A stretch of 64,000 nucleotides of DNA from NCBI GenBank assembly GCA_963727445.1, contig CAVSGI010000006.1, forward strand, positions 672,001-736,000. The letters run 5' to 3'. This document shows positions 1 to 8,821 of this stretch, one piece after another. Made by a program: the position numbers and the translations under genes. This DNA is from an uncultured delta proteobacterium (GTDB taxonomy: Bacteria > Myxococcota_A > Polyangia > Polyangiales > B10-G4). Every line of letters starts with the position of its first letter. The stretch's first letter is position 1. Below the pieces are notes generated by a model. It was not told the origin of the DNA, ran no database searches, and saw only the letters and a program-made list of their open reading frames with translations.

Positions 1-938
1 TCGAGGCGTTGGCTGTGCTCGACCATCACGTCGGCGACCTCGCCGAGGCGGGGCGGATCGTCGGGCTCGTGTCCGTCGAAGACCGCGGTGAGGTCGCGAA
101 AGAGCCACGGGCGACCGAGGCAACCGCGTCCCACCACCACGCCGTCACAGCCGGTGGTGCGCATCATGCGCAGCGCGTCCCAACCCTCCCAGATGTCGCC
201 GTTGCCGAGCACCGGGATGGTGCGCACGGCTTCCTTGAGCGCGGCGATGGCGGACCAATCGGCGTGGCCGTCGTAGAGCTGCGCGGCGGTGCGGGCGTGC
301 AGAGCGACCGCCTTCACGCCTTCGCCTTCACCGATGCGGCCGGCCTCGAGATAGGTCAACAGCGAGTCGTCGATGCCCATGCGGAACTTGATGGTCACCG
401 GGACGTCGCCGGCGTTCCTGACGGCGGCGCGGACGATGGCGCGCAGGAGCTGGCGCTTGACCGGAATGGCGGCACCGCCGCCCTTGCGGGTGACCTTCCG
501 AACGGGGCAGCCGAAGTTCATGTCGATGTGATCGACCCGACCTTCGCCGACCAGACGCTTCACGGCCTCGCCGGTGTAGTGCGGGTCGGTGGCGTAGAGC
601 TGAAGGCTGCGCGGGCTCTCGTCGGGTCCGAAGTCGGCGAGCTTCAGCGTCTTTTCGTTTTCGTAGACCAGGGCGCGCGCAGTGATCATCTCCGAGACGT
701 ACAGGCCTTCACAGGACCAGTGCGCGCTCGCCACGGCAGGCGCCGCCGACGCGTCCTCGCCACGCCGCGCGCCGAAGCGGCGGCAGAGCTTGCGGAAGGG
801 GTAGTTGGTCACCGCCGCCATCGGGGCGAGCACCACGGGCGGCCAAACCGAGAGCGGCCCGATCTCCACCGGACGAAACTCTCCCGCCCGCGCCACCGGC
901 ACGTCCCGATTCAGCTCGCTCTTGTATTCCTCGCGCAC
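1..938 (-). CDS. dusB: tRNA-dihydrouridine synthase (DusB family), 3' end runs off the window
   Basis: Manual minus-strand translation (not in the ORF track) gives VLAPMAAVTNYPFRKLCRRFG...GLYVSEMITARAL...QLYA...IDMNFGCPVRKV...HARTAAQLY...GNGDI...GVVVGRGCLGRPWLF. GTG start at 938 is inferred. Confidence 0.92.
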   Translation of the reverse strand, partial: MREEYKSELNRDVPVARAGEFRPVEIGPLSVWPPVVLAPMAAVTNYPFRKLCRRFGARRGEDASAAPAVASAHWSCEGLYVSEMITARALVYENEKTLKLADFGPDESPRSLQLYATDPHYTGEAVKRLVGEGRVDHIDMNFGCPVRKVTRKGGGAAIPVKRQLLRAIVRAAVRNAGDVPVTIKFRMGIDDSLLTYLEAGRIGEGEGVKAVALHARTAAQLYDGHADWSAIAALKEAVRTIPVLGNGDIWEGWDALRMMRTTGCDGVVVGRGCLGRPWLFRDLTAVFDGHEPDDPPRLGEVADVMVEHSQRL

Positions 939-1147
939 GGCTCGCGCACAGATAGCACCCCTGCCGTGACTGTGCCCGCGCCGCTCGCTGGGGAGATCGG
1001 CGGCCGAGGGTGTGGAGGGGATGGCGTGCGGAAAGCGCTCCTCTGCCCTTGGCGATGGGAGGCCGCGTGGGTTTGCCGTGGCCGCTTCGCGGCCTCTGTC
1101 CGGCGCGGGGCGCCGGCCGCGCGTTGGGCACGCCGAGGTCGAGACAC

Positions 1148-1295
1148 GGTCACAAGTCGCGACGTCGCCCGCAACACGGCGAGAAGTGACCGCGATGCGG
1201 TCACAAGTCGCGCCGTCGCCCACAACGCGGCGAGAAGTGACCGCGACGCGGTCACAAGTCGCGCCGTCGACCACGACATGGCGAGAAGTGACCGC
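1148..1295. repeat. Tandem repeat, 3 x 51 bp, palindromic (REP-like)
   Basis: Units start at 1148, 1199 and 1250 (GGTCACAAGTCGCG...GGCGAGAAGTGACCGC). Junctions form GTGACCGC-NNN-GCGGTCAC hairpins. Confidence 0.9.
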
Positions 1296-1675
1296 TCGCG
1301 CAACAGGCCACGTGGCCTGCGCAACCTTCGTTCACCTGAGGGGCGTTCCCTCCCCATCCGCGGCAGCACCCCGCCGCGAAGCGGCGGCCACAGAGGCGCC
1401 GCAGGCGTCGCGGCCCGAGGCGTCGCCCGCACCCCACCGTCGCCATCGGCCCGAGCCGCTCCCCGGGCCCATCCATGCGCTTCTCCGTTCCACGCCGTCG
1501 CCCACGATCCGCCCGCCCGACATCCTCCGCTCCCGAACGGCCCCCACCTCCGCCCCTCAGCCAAAGCCGTTCACCACGACGTTGCCCATCACCACGAGCG
1601 AACGAACCACCGGCCGACCGCCCGGAGGCCGGGAGACCCCGGGTTGCGTCGCTTCGTGTTTGCTCGCGGCGCCGC

Positions 1676-3796
1676 TCAGCCGCGCGCGGGGTCCGCGGTC
1701 GGCGCCGACGCTGCGGGATCCTCGCGGGTCACGGACGCGGCGTCCGTGTCTGCGTGAGACCCGGCGTCCTCGTGCGAGTCCGAGGCTTCGTCCGAATCGT
1801 CCGAGTCAGTCGCCGACTCCGAATCCGTCCCTGCGTCGGTCTCCGACTCGGAATCGGTCCCGGCCTCCGCGTCCGCCTCCGAATCCGCCTCGGCCTCCGG
1901 CTCCATCCCCTCGCCCGCGGTCGCATGCGAGGCCGCCGCCTCCGTTCCGTCGCCGTCGTCGCGCACGGCGGGGCGGGGCGCTGGCGGGGTCTCGCCCCAG
2001 GCGATGGCGCGCTCACGTTCCCGCGCGTCTGCAGCCCGCACGGCCGCGGCGGGGGCGTTTGCACGTGCGGTGTAGACGACAATCTGTTCGCCGGCGTGCA
2101 GCGTGGTGTCGCGCGCGAAGCGGTTGATGCGGCAGAGCGAGCCCACCGAGAGGTCGAAGCGGCTCGCGATGCCGGTGAGGGTGTCGCCTTCGCGGATCGT
2201 GTAGCGGAAGCGCACGCGGCCCTGCGAGGTCTCGTGGTGGTCGAGGAACTCCTCCGAGCCGACCACCATCACGCGGACGTCGTCTTCGGTCAGCACCAGC
2301 GCCTCGGAGAGGTCGACATCGTCCCGCGCGAAGACCTGCAGCACCAGGCCCTGGGGCAGGGTGGAGCGGACGTCGACGTGGTTCCAGCGCCGGAGCTCGT
2401 CGACGCTCACGTGAAAGAAGGCGCCCACCTCCGCCGCGGTCTCGGTGCCCGTCGTTCGGTAGAAGACGCGCCGGCGACCCTCGGGGGGCGTGAGGTCCGA
2501 AGGCACGGCCACCACCGGCCGCTCGTCCTCGCGACCGCCGTCGCGGGGCTCCACCGCCGGGACCATCATGCGGAAGCCGGGGCCTGCGTCCTGATCCTCG
2601 GCGAGCTCGTTGAGCGTGCGGAGCGCGCTCTCGCTCGTGCGGAAGCGATGCGCGATGCTCGCCAGCGTCTCACCGAAGCGCACGACGTACGGGCGGTGCG
2701 CGGGGTTGCGCGGCCGTGCGCGCGACCAGGCGCGGGCGAAGCGCTCGGCGCTCCCGGCGGGGATGCGCACGCTGCGCGTTTCTCCGGGCGGCACGCGGTT
2801 GCGCCGCAGCGACGGGTTCAGCTCTGCGACCTCTTCCGTGCTCACCCCCGCAGCGCGCGCGATCTGCGGCAGCGTGGCGCCACCGGGGACGTCGACGCGA
2901 TCGAAGCTCAGCGGCTCGCCCTCGATGTCGGTGAAGCCGAAGCGCTCGGGGTTTCTCCCGACGATGGCGCAGGCCATGACCTTGGCGACGTAGAAGGTGG
3001 TCTCGAAGGGCAGGCCCGCCTCGAGTTGAGTCAGCACCCAATAGTCGTTGGTGTTGTACTTGCGCATCGCCCGGAGGAGCGCGCCGTAGCCCATGTTGTA
3101 GGCGGCGAAGGCGAGCTCCCAGCTCCCGAAGCGGTGCGAGAGGTCGGCCAGATAGCGCGCGCCGGCGTCGGTGGAGCGCTCCGGATCGCGCCGCTGGTCA
3201 ATCCAGTGGTTCACCTCGAGGCCGTACTCCTCGCCCGTCGCCCGCACGAACTGCCACATCCCGACGGCCGCCGCGTGAGAGCGCGCCGTCGGGTCGTAGC
3301 CGCTCTCGGTCATCGCGAGGTAGCTCAGGTCCTCCGGCAGCCCGAGGGCGCGCAAGCGCTCGCGCACCATCGGCCCCCAGCGACGCTCTCGCCGCAGCCA
3401 CGCCGCCATGATGTTCCGGCCGCGCGGGTCCTCCTTGTAGAAGTGCAGGTAGCGCACCACCTGGTCATCCCAGCGGATGGGGATGTCCGGCAGCGACAGG
3501 CCGCGGAGGAACTCGAGGTCAGGCGCCGAGCGCTCGTCCCCCGAGACCGAGGGCGCCGAGGAGGTGAGGGAGTCGGGGGGCTGACCGAGGACCAGCCACG
3601 GCGCCTCGCTCGCGTCCACCAGGCTGCGGCCCTGTCGAAACATCGCCTCCTCGGCCAGGCGCAGGGCCCGGAGCTCCTCGGACTCGGCCTCCGGATCTCC
3701 CGTGACGTCCTCCTGCGCCTGCGCGATCCGCGGCAGGGCGACGAGGACGAGCACCAGGGCCCAGAGCGCCGGAGCGAGCCGCCGAGCACACGTCAT
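1676..3796 (-). CDS. LysM-domain lytic transglycosylase (MltD-like) with acidic low-complexity tail
   Basis: Signal peptide, SLT motifs (AMTESG, AVGMWQF, AAYNMG, ETTFYV), several LysM repeats (YVVRFGETLASIA, YTIREGDTLTGIA) and a D/E-rich C-terminus. Confidence 0.9.
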   Translation of the reverse strand: MTCARRLAPALWALVLVLVALPRIAQAQEDVTGDPEAESEELRALRLAEEAMFRQGRSLVDASEAPWLVLGQPPDSLTSSAPSVSGDERSAPDLEFLRGLSLPDIPIRWDDQVVRYLHFYKEDPRGRNIMAAWLRRERRWGPMVRERLRALGLPEDLSYLAMTESGYDPTARSHAAAVGMWQFVRATGEEYGLEVNHWIDQRRDPERSTDAGARYLADLSHRFGSWELAFAAYNMGYGALLRAMRKYNTNDYWVLTQLEAGLPFETTFYVAKVMACAIVGRNPERFGFTDIEGEPLSFDRVDVPGGATLPQIARAAGVSTEEVAELNPSLRRNRVPPGETRSVRIPAGSAERFARAWSRARPRNPAHRPYVVRFGETLASIAHRFRTSESALRTLNELAEDQDAGPGFRMMVPAVEPRDGGREDERPVVAVPSDLTPPEGRRRVFYRTTGTETAAEVGAFFHVSVDELRRWNHVDVRSTLPQGLVLQVFARDDVDLSEALVLTEDDVRVMVVGSEEFLDHHETSQGRVRFRYTIREGDTLTGIASRFDLSVGSLCRINRFARDTTLHAGEQIVVYTARANAPAAAVRAADARERERAIAWGETPPAPRPAVRDDGDGTEAAASHATAGEGMEPEAEADSEADAEAGTDSESETDAGTDSESATDSDDSDEASDSHEDAGSHADTDAASVTREDPAASAPTADPARG

Positions 3797-3881
3797 CGCC
3801 CGAAGCGTAGCGGGCGGGGCGGGGCCCGGCTAGAAAGGGGCTCGAAATGCCCCTCGCCCTCGTTCTACCCTTCGAACGCCC

Positions 3882-4985
3882 ATGCACCGTGGCGTTCTAG
3901 AGTTCGTTCGTTGGGTCGAGGCCCATCGTGATCAAGAAGGGATGGCGATCAACGCGCCGGCCGGATCCGCGGACATCGCGGCCCTCGAACACCAGCTCGG
4001 CGTGCCCCTGCCCGCCGACCTGCGCTTCGTGCTGTCGCGCTTCAACGGAGGCACGCTCCCCAGCGGCCAGCTGTTGGTCGCGGGTGTGGGGCCGGGGACC
4101 ATCGAGGCCGCCGTGCGTTCCTTCGCGGAGGACGTGGAGGCGGACTTCCTCGATCCCGAGCTGCTGCTCCCCTTCCACCGCACGACCGAGGGGAGCCTGC
4201 TCTGTTTCGATCGCAGCGCGGGGCCGGTGTCCGACACCTGGCCGGTGGTCGACTACTACGAGGACACCGGTGAGGTGCGCATCGTCTACCGCACCTTCGA
4301 TGGGTGGTGTCGCAACTGCGTCGCGGAGTGGGACTCGCCCGACTTCCAGGAGGAGTTCAGCCTCGACAAGTATCTGCGGCAGGGACAGCGCCACGTCGAG
4401 ATCGAGCCCGACGTGAGCACGGCGCACGCCACCGTCGCCCACGCCCTGAGGCGCGCGGGGCGTCCGGAGGCCGCGATGCAGGCGTACCTCAGAGCGGCGC
4501 GCTGCGTGCCGCCGCTGCCGTGGTGCGATTGGGAGGCGCTGAAGATCGCCGTCTTGATCGACCGGCCCGTCGAGGCCCTGGAGGCCGCGCAGCGGCTCTC
4601 TTCACGCGCCCCCATCGAGCGATGGGAGGAGCGGGAGACCAGCCCCGGACGCGTGGCGGACGTGATCGCGCGCATCGCCGCGCGCTCCGCCGAGAACAAG
4701 AGCTGGGTGCGTATCCTCGATGCGCTGGTGGAGCAGGCCACCGACGACGAGGACCACGCGCAGGCCCATGCGGTGCGGCGCGCGGTGCTGCACGGCGAGC
4801 CTCTTCCGCCGCCGCGACATTTTCGCGAATCGGTCATTCCGGTCGAGGCGACCTGGGAGCAGGCGCGCGAGGCCTACGTGAACGGGCAGCTGCGGGACGA
4901 CGACATGCTCCTCGATCCCGAGCTGCGTCCGCTCTTCGAGGCGAACGACCCCGCCGAGCTGTTGGCCATCCGCCGGGACTTCTGA
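3882..4985 (+). CDS. SMI1/KNR4 (SUKH) family protein with TPR-like C-terminal region
   Basis: PAGSADIAALEHQLGVPLPADLRFVLSRFNGG is the SMI1/KNR4 N-terminal signature. The C-terminus is helical and TPR-like. Confidence 0.8.
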   Translation: MHRGVLEFVRWVEAHRDQEGMAINAPAGSADIAALEHQLGVPLPADLRFVLSRFNGGTLPSGQLLVAGVGPGTIEAAVRSFAEDVEADFLDPELLLPFHRTTEGSLLCFDRSAGPVSDTWPVVDYYEDTGEVRIVYRTFDGWCRNCVAEWDSPDFQEEFSLDKYLRQGQRHVEIEPDVSTAHATVAHALRRAGRPEAAMQAYLRAARCVPPLPWCDWEALKIAVLIDRPVEALEAAQRLSSRAPIERWEERETSPGRVADVIARIAARSAENKSWVRILDALVEQATDDEDHAQAHAVRRAVLHGEPLPPPRHFRESVIPVEATWEQAREAYVNGQLRDDDMLLDPELRPLFEANDPAELLAIRRDF

Positions 4986-5620
4986 TGCGCGGGCTCACCT
5001 GGCTCGCGCTCGTCTGCCTGGCCGCCTGCGGCGGAGGGGAGGCTTCGCGCGGAGGTGGAGCGGGCGGCGGTCACGTCGACGAGGGTGACCCCATGGCGAC
5101 GCCGTCCCTGGTGAGCCTTCCGTCCCTCGACGTGCCGCGCGACCAGCTCACCGACAAGATGCGCTTCGGCTGGGAGCTGGCCGACGAGAGCTTCGAGGCC
5201 GAGCGGCCACCGGCGCCGCCGTCGGGTGAGACCGCCGACTACCAAGCGTGGTCCGACGGCCCCCTCGCGCAGTGGCTCGAGCACAAGTCCCGGGCCGTGG
5301 AGGGTGCCCGGGCCGAGCTCGACGAGGCGGCAGAGGAGAGCCTTCGTCAGCGCATCATCGCCGGCGCGATCGTCGGGCTCATGTACGAGTCGGTCGGCCG
5401 GGAGCTCATGCGCTTGCCGGTGCCAGCCGAAATCCAGAACGACCAGGAGATCGCGGATGTCTTCCGCTCGGTCCTCGCCTCCCAGGCGCGGCCCTTCCTC
5501 GCCCACGCGCGACGGGCATACGACGCCTGCCGCCAGAACGCAGCCGGAGGGCCAGAGGGAATGCGTCATTGGTCGGAGTACTGCGCTGCCCGCATCGACT
5601 ACCTCCCCGACGCCGACTGA
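4985..5620 (+). CDS. Hypothetical lipoprotein
   Basis: ATG overlaps the upstream TGA (TGATG). Lipobox MRGLTWLALVCLAAC-GGG. Confidence 0.75.
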   Translation: MRGLTWLALVCLAACGGGEASRGGGAGGGHVDEGDPMATPSLVSLPSLDVPRDQLTDKMRFGWELADESFEAERPPAPPSGETADYQAWSDGPLAQWLEHKSRAVEGARAELDEAAEESLRQRIIAGAIVGLMYESVGRELMRLPVPAEIQNDQEIADVFRSVLASQARPFLAHARRAYDACRQNAAGGPEGMRHWSEYCAARIDYLPDAD

Positions 5621-5638
5621 CGGGTGGGAAGCGGTCGC

Positions 5639-5681
5639 CGCACGATTTGCATCAGCCGAATTCCATGACGCACGTTTTGCG
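5639..5681. promoter_or_regulatory. Two palindromic CGCA-N5-TGC(A/G) sites, putative enhancer for a sigma54 activator
   Basis: CGCACGATTTGCA (5639-5651) and CGCACGTTTTGCG (5669-5681), 30 bp apart, upstream of a -24/-12 element. Confidence 0.6.
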
Positions 5682-5722
5682 AGCCCAGAGTGTGGGAGCC
5701 CTGAGATCATTGTGGATTCGGG

Positions 5723-5738
5723 TGGCCCAGCCTGTGCT
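5723..5738 (+). promoter_or_regulatory. Putative sigma54 (-24/-12) promoter of the sigma-CBS/hemerythrin-activator operon
   Basis: TGGCCCAGCCTGTGCT has GG-N10-GC spacing and partly matches TGGCACG-N4-TTGCW. Confidence 0.5.
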
Positions 5739-5751
5739 TTGGCGATGGGTC

Positions 5752-6576
5752 ATGCCAAACACGCACAAGCAACAGGATCATCTCGCGCGGTACTTCCAAA
5801 TGGCCGAGAGGGCGCCGTTGCTCGAGGCGCAGGAGGAGCGTCGGCTCATCGAGAGCTTCCAAAAGGGGTCGGAGGCGGCCCTCAGCAAGCTGCTCGCTTC
5901 CCACCTGAGGCTGGTCCTCTCGATCGCGAAGCGATACGCGAATCGCGGCGCCCAGATGGAGGACCTCGTGGGCGAGGGCAACCTCGGCCTGATGGAGGCG
6001 GCGCGCCGCTTCGACGTCGGCCGGGACAACCGGTTCAGCACCTACGCGTCCTGGTGGGTGCGGGCGCGGGTGCGCCGTTACGCCCTCGCCAACCGGCGGA
6101 TTGTGGGCGCGCCCTCGACGCGCAACGCGCGCAAGGTGCTCGCGGGCCTGCGCAAGGCGCAGCGCGAGTTCACCCAGGAGGAGGGCAGGGCGCCCAGCCG
6201 GCTCGAGATGGCCGATCAGCTCTCCGTCGAAGAGAAGGACGTGGCGATGGTCGAGGCCTCGCTCTCCGGCCGTGACGTCGCCCTCGGCGCGTCGCCCGAC
6301 GGCACCAGCTTCGAGCTTCGAGACGAGGCACCGTCGCCCGAGCAGCTCGCCGAAGCGCATCAGCTCTCCGAGGAGCGTCGCCGCCGCATCGCCGAAGCGT
6401 TGGCACAACTCTCCGCGCGTGAGCAGGAGATCCTGAGGCGCCGCTACCTCGGTGACGAGACCGTGACCCTCGCCGTGCTCGGCGCCTCCCTCGGGCTCAG
6501 CCGCGAGCGCGTGCGGCAGATCGAGAAGCGTGCCCAGAGGAAGCTGCGAGGCGTGATCCCCCAATGCGTCGCGTGA
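5752..6576 (+). CDS. RNA polymerase sigma factor, RpoH/sigma32-like (myxobacterial SigB/C/E type)
   Basis: Region 2 (EDLVGEGNLGLMEAARRFD...RFSTYASWWVRA), a degenerate RpoH box (ARKVLAGLR) and region 4 (LGLSRERVRQIE). Confidence 0.88.
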   Translation: MPNTHKQQDHLARYFQMAERAPLLEAQEERRLIESFQKGSEAALSKLLASHLRLVLSIAKRYANRGAQMEDLVGEGNLGLMEAARRFDVGRDNRFSTYASWWVRARVRRYALANRRIVGAPSTRNARKVLAGLRKAQREFTQEEGRAPSRLEMADQLSVEEKDVAMVEASLSGRDVALGASPDGTSFELRDEAPSPEQLAEAHQLSEERRRRIAEALAQLSAREQEILRRRYLGDETVTLAVLGASLGLSRERVRQIEKRAQRKLRGVIPQCVA

Positions 6577-6587
6577 GGTAGGTAGCC

Positions 6588-7427
6588 ATGACCGAAATCC
6601 GACATTTGATGACCCCGTCGCCGTACTCGGTGGGGGCGGAGCAGCCAGTCGCCGAGGCGGCGCGGCGCATGCGGGCTCATCACATTCGGCATCTGCCGGT
6701 GCTGCGCGGGGGACGCCTCGAAGGGCTGATCTCGGAACGCGACATCGCCCTGGTCTCCGCGCTTTCGATGGACACCGAGGAGCTCACCGTGGAAGAGGCG
6801 ATGAGCCCCGCGCCCTTCGCCGTCTCTCCCGACACGGACGTCGCCGAAGTGGTCAAGCGCATGGGCGAGCAGAAGCTCGGGAGCGTGGTCGTGGTCGATG
6901 GCAACGACGTCGTCGGGATCGTGACCACCACCGACTGCCTGGCGCTGCTCTGGGAACGGCTGTCCAAGGAAGACATCGTCGACCTCGCGCCCTCCGCCGT
7001 TCGCCAGCGCATCCTCGGCGAGCACGTGGTCCTCGCCGAGATGATGGACCGCCTCGAGTCGTTGGCGAAGAGGGTCCACGACGGTGACCGGGAGGTGGTG
7101 GAGGAGCTGCGGCGTGGGGTGCGTGGGCTCTACGAGCGCCTCCGTCGTCACATCGATCTCGAGGATCGCATCCTCGCGCCAGCGCTGCGCGCGACCGCTG
7201 GCTTCGGCAAGATTCGCGAGGAGCAGCTGGTCTCGCATCACGACGAGCAACGTCGCTCCATCGAGGCCCATCTCGCCGTCCTGGACGAGATCAAGGGTCC
7301 GGCCCTGTCGGCGCAGATCCAGGAGTTCATCGCCGAGGTGCGGGCCGACATGAAGCACGAGGACGCGGATTTTCTGAAGCCCGAGCTCCTCAAGGACGAC
7401 TTGATTCAGGTGGAGTTTGCGGGATGA
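6588..7427 (+). CDS. CBS-pair / hemerythrin-like (HHE) fusion protein
   Basis: The N-terminus has two CBS domains (IRHLPV...GLISERD; GSVVVVD...GIVTTTD). The C-terminus has EH, HIDLE, HH and DMKHE metal-ligand motifs. Confidence 0.8.
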   Translation: MTEIRHLMTPSPYSVGAEQPVAEAARRMRAHHIRHLPVLRGGRLEGLISERDIALVSALSMDTEELTVEEAMSPAPFAVSPDTDVAEVVKRMGEQKLGSVVVVDGNDVVGIVTTTDCLALLWERLSKEDIVDLAPSAVRQRILGEHVVLAEMMDRLESLAKRVHDGDREVVEELRRGVRGLYERLRRHIDLEDRILAPALRATAGFGKIREEQLVSHHDEQRRSIEAHLAVLDEIKGPALSAQIQEFIAEVRADMKHEDADFLKPELLKDDLIQVEFAG

Positions 7428-8821
7428 CGGAATCGGGCCGAGTGCTGGTCGTCGACGACGAGGCGAACGCGCGAGAGGCGCTCGCGGAGATCCTCAAGGA
7501 CGAAGGCTACGAGACGCGTGCGGCGTCCGACGGGAAGAAGGCGCTCGCGCTCTTGTCGAGCTTCGATCCTCACGTCGTGGTCACGGACCTGAAGATGCCG
7601 GTGCTGGACGGGATCGGGCTCCTGGAGCAGGCCCGCCCCAAGGCGAACGGAACCGTCTTCCTGGTCATGACCGCTTTCGGGAGCATCGAGACCGCGGTCG
7701 AGGCCATCAAGAAGGGCGCAGACAACTACCTGACCAAGCCGCTCGACCTCGAGGCGCTCAGCGTTCTGGTCGCCCGCGCTCTCGAGACAGCGAAGCTCCG
7801 GCGAGAGGCCCACGACCTGCGCGAGCAGCTCCACGAGCGCTTCTCTTTCGGAAACGTCATCGGCAGTCACCCCGCCATGCAGCGGGTGATGAAGATGGTG
7901 GCGCAGGTCGCCAAGAGCCGCGCCACCGTGCTGATCCAGGGAGAGTCCGGCACGGGCAAGGAGCTCATCGCCGCGGCTATCCATCACAACTCACCGCGCA
8001 AGGACAAGCCCTTCGTCCGGCTCAACTGCGCTGCGCTGGCCGAGACCCTGCTCGAGTCGGAGCTCTTCGGGCACGAACGTGGGGCCTTCACGGGGGCGAC
8101 CGGGCGTCGCGACGGGCGCTTCTCCCAGGCGGACGGCGGGACGCTCTTCCTGGACGAGGTGAGCGAGATCTCGCCTGGGGTGCAGGTGAAGCTGCTCCGC
8201 TTCCTGCAGGAGCGGGAGTTCGAGCGCGTGGGCGGCAACGAGACGCTCGAGGTGGACGTGCGAGTCGTCGCGGCGACCAACCAGTCGCTGCCCGCGCTGG
8301 TGCAGCAGGGGAAGTTCCGCGAGGACCTCTACTACCGGCTGAACGTCGTCCAGATCGACGTCCCCCCGCTCCGCGAACGTCGCAGTGACATCAGCCTGCT
8401 GGCCCATCACTTCCTCGATCGCTACGCGGAGGAGAACGAGCGGGAGATCGAAGGGTTCACCGACGAAGCCCTCCGCGCGATCGTGGCTCATCCGTGGCCA
8501 GGCAACGTCCGGGAGCTCGAGAACGCGATCGAGCGTGCGGTCGTGATGAGCGAGGGAACGCGCATCGGCCTCGACGACCTTCGCGGAGTGGCCACCGAAG
8601 TGACGCACGACAAGGGCCTGTTCGTCCCCGGGACCAAGTTCGCCGACCTCGAGAAGATGGCGATCTGCCAGACGCTCGAGGCCTGCAACGGTTCCACCAA
8701 AGACGCGGCGGAGATGCTCGGGATCAGCCGGCGCAAGATCCAGTACCGCCTCAAGGAGTGGGGCACCACCGCCGACGAGGTGGCTGCGGGGGCCTATACC
8801 GCTGACGTCGCGCTCGGCTGA
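7424..8821 (+). CDS. Sigma54-dependent response regulator (NtrC family bEBP)
   Basis: REC domain (VVDDE, DLKMP, KP), Walker A GESGTGKE, ELFGHERGAFTGA, LFLDE, WPGNVRELEN and a C-terminal HTH. Confidence 0.95.
   Translation: MTESGRVLVVDDEANAREALAEILKDEGYETRAASDGKKALALLSSFDPHVVVTDLKMPVLDGIGLLEQARPKANGTVFLVMTAFGSIETAVEAIKKGADNYLTKPLDLEALSVLVARALETAKLRREAHDLREQLHERFSFGNVIGSHPAMQRVMKMVAQVAKSRATVLIQGESGTGKELIAAAIHHNSPRKDKPFVRLNCAALAETLLESELFGHERGAFTGATGRRDGRFSQADGGTLFLDEVSEISPGVQVKLLRFLQEREFERVGGNETLEVDVRVVAATNQSLPALVQQGKFREDLYYRLNVVQIDVPPLRERRSDISLLAHHFLDRYAEENEREIEGFTDEALRAIVAHPWPGNVRELENAIERAVVMSEGTRIGLDDLRGVATEVTHDKGLFVPGTKFADLEKMAICQTLEACNGSTKDAAEMLGISRRKIQYRLKEWGTTADEVAAGAYTADVALG

Noticed and set aside
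1148..1295. Mini CRISPR array
   Set aside because: The variable segments are short and clearly homologous to each other, so this is a tandem repeat.
9..3931. Long plus-strand ORFs 9-1757, 1012-2127 and 1475-3931, and similar antisense ORFs across the window
   Set aside because: They are shadow ORFs of real genes in high-GC DNA: Arg/Ala/Pro-rich with no domain motifs.
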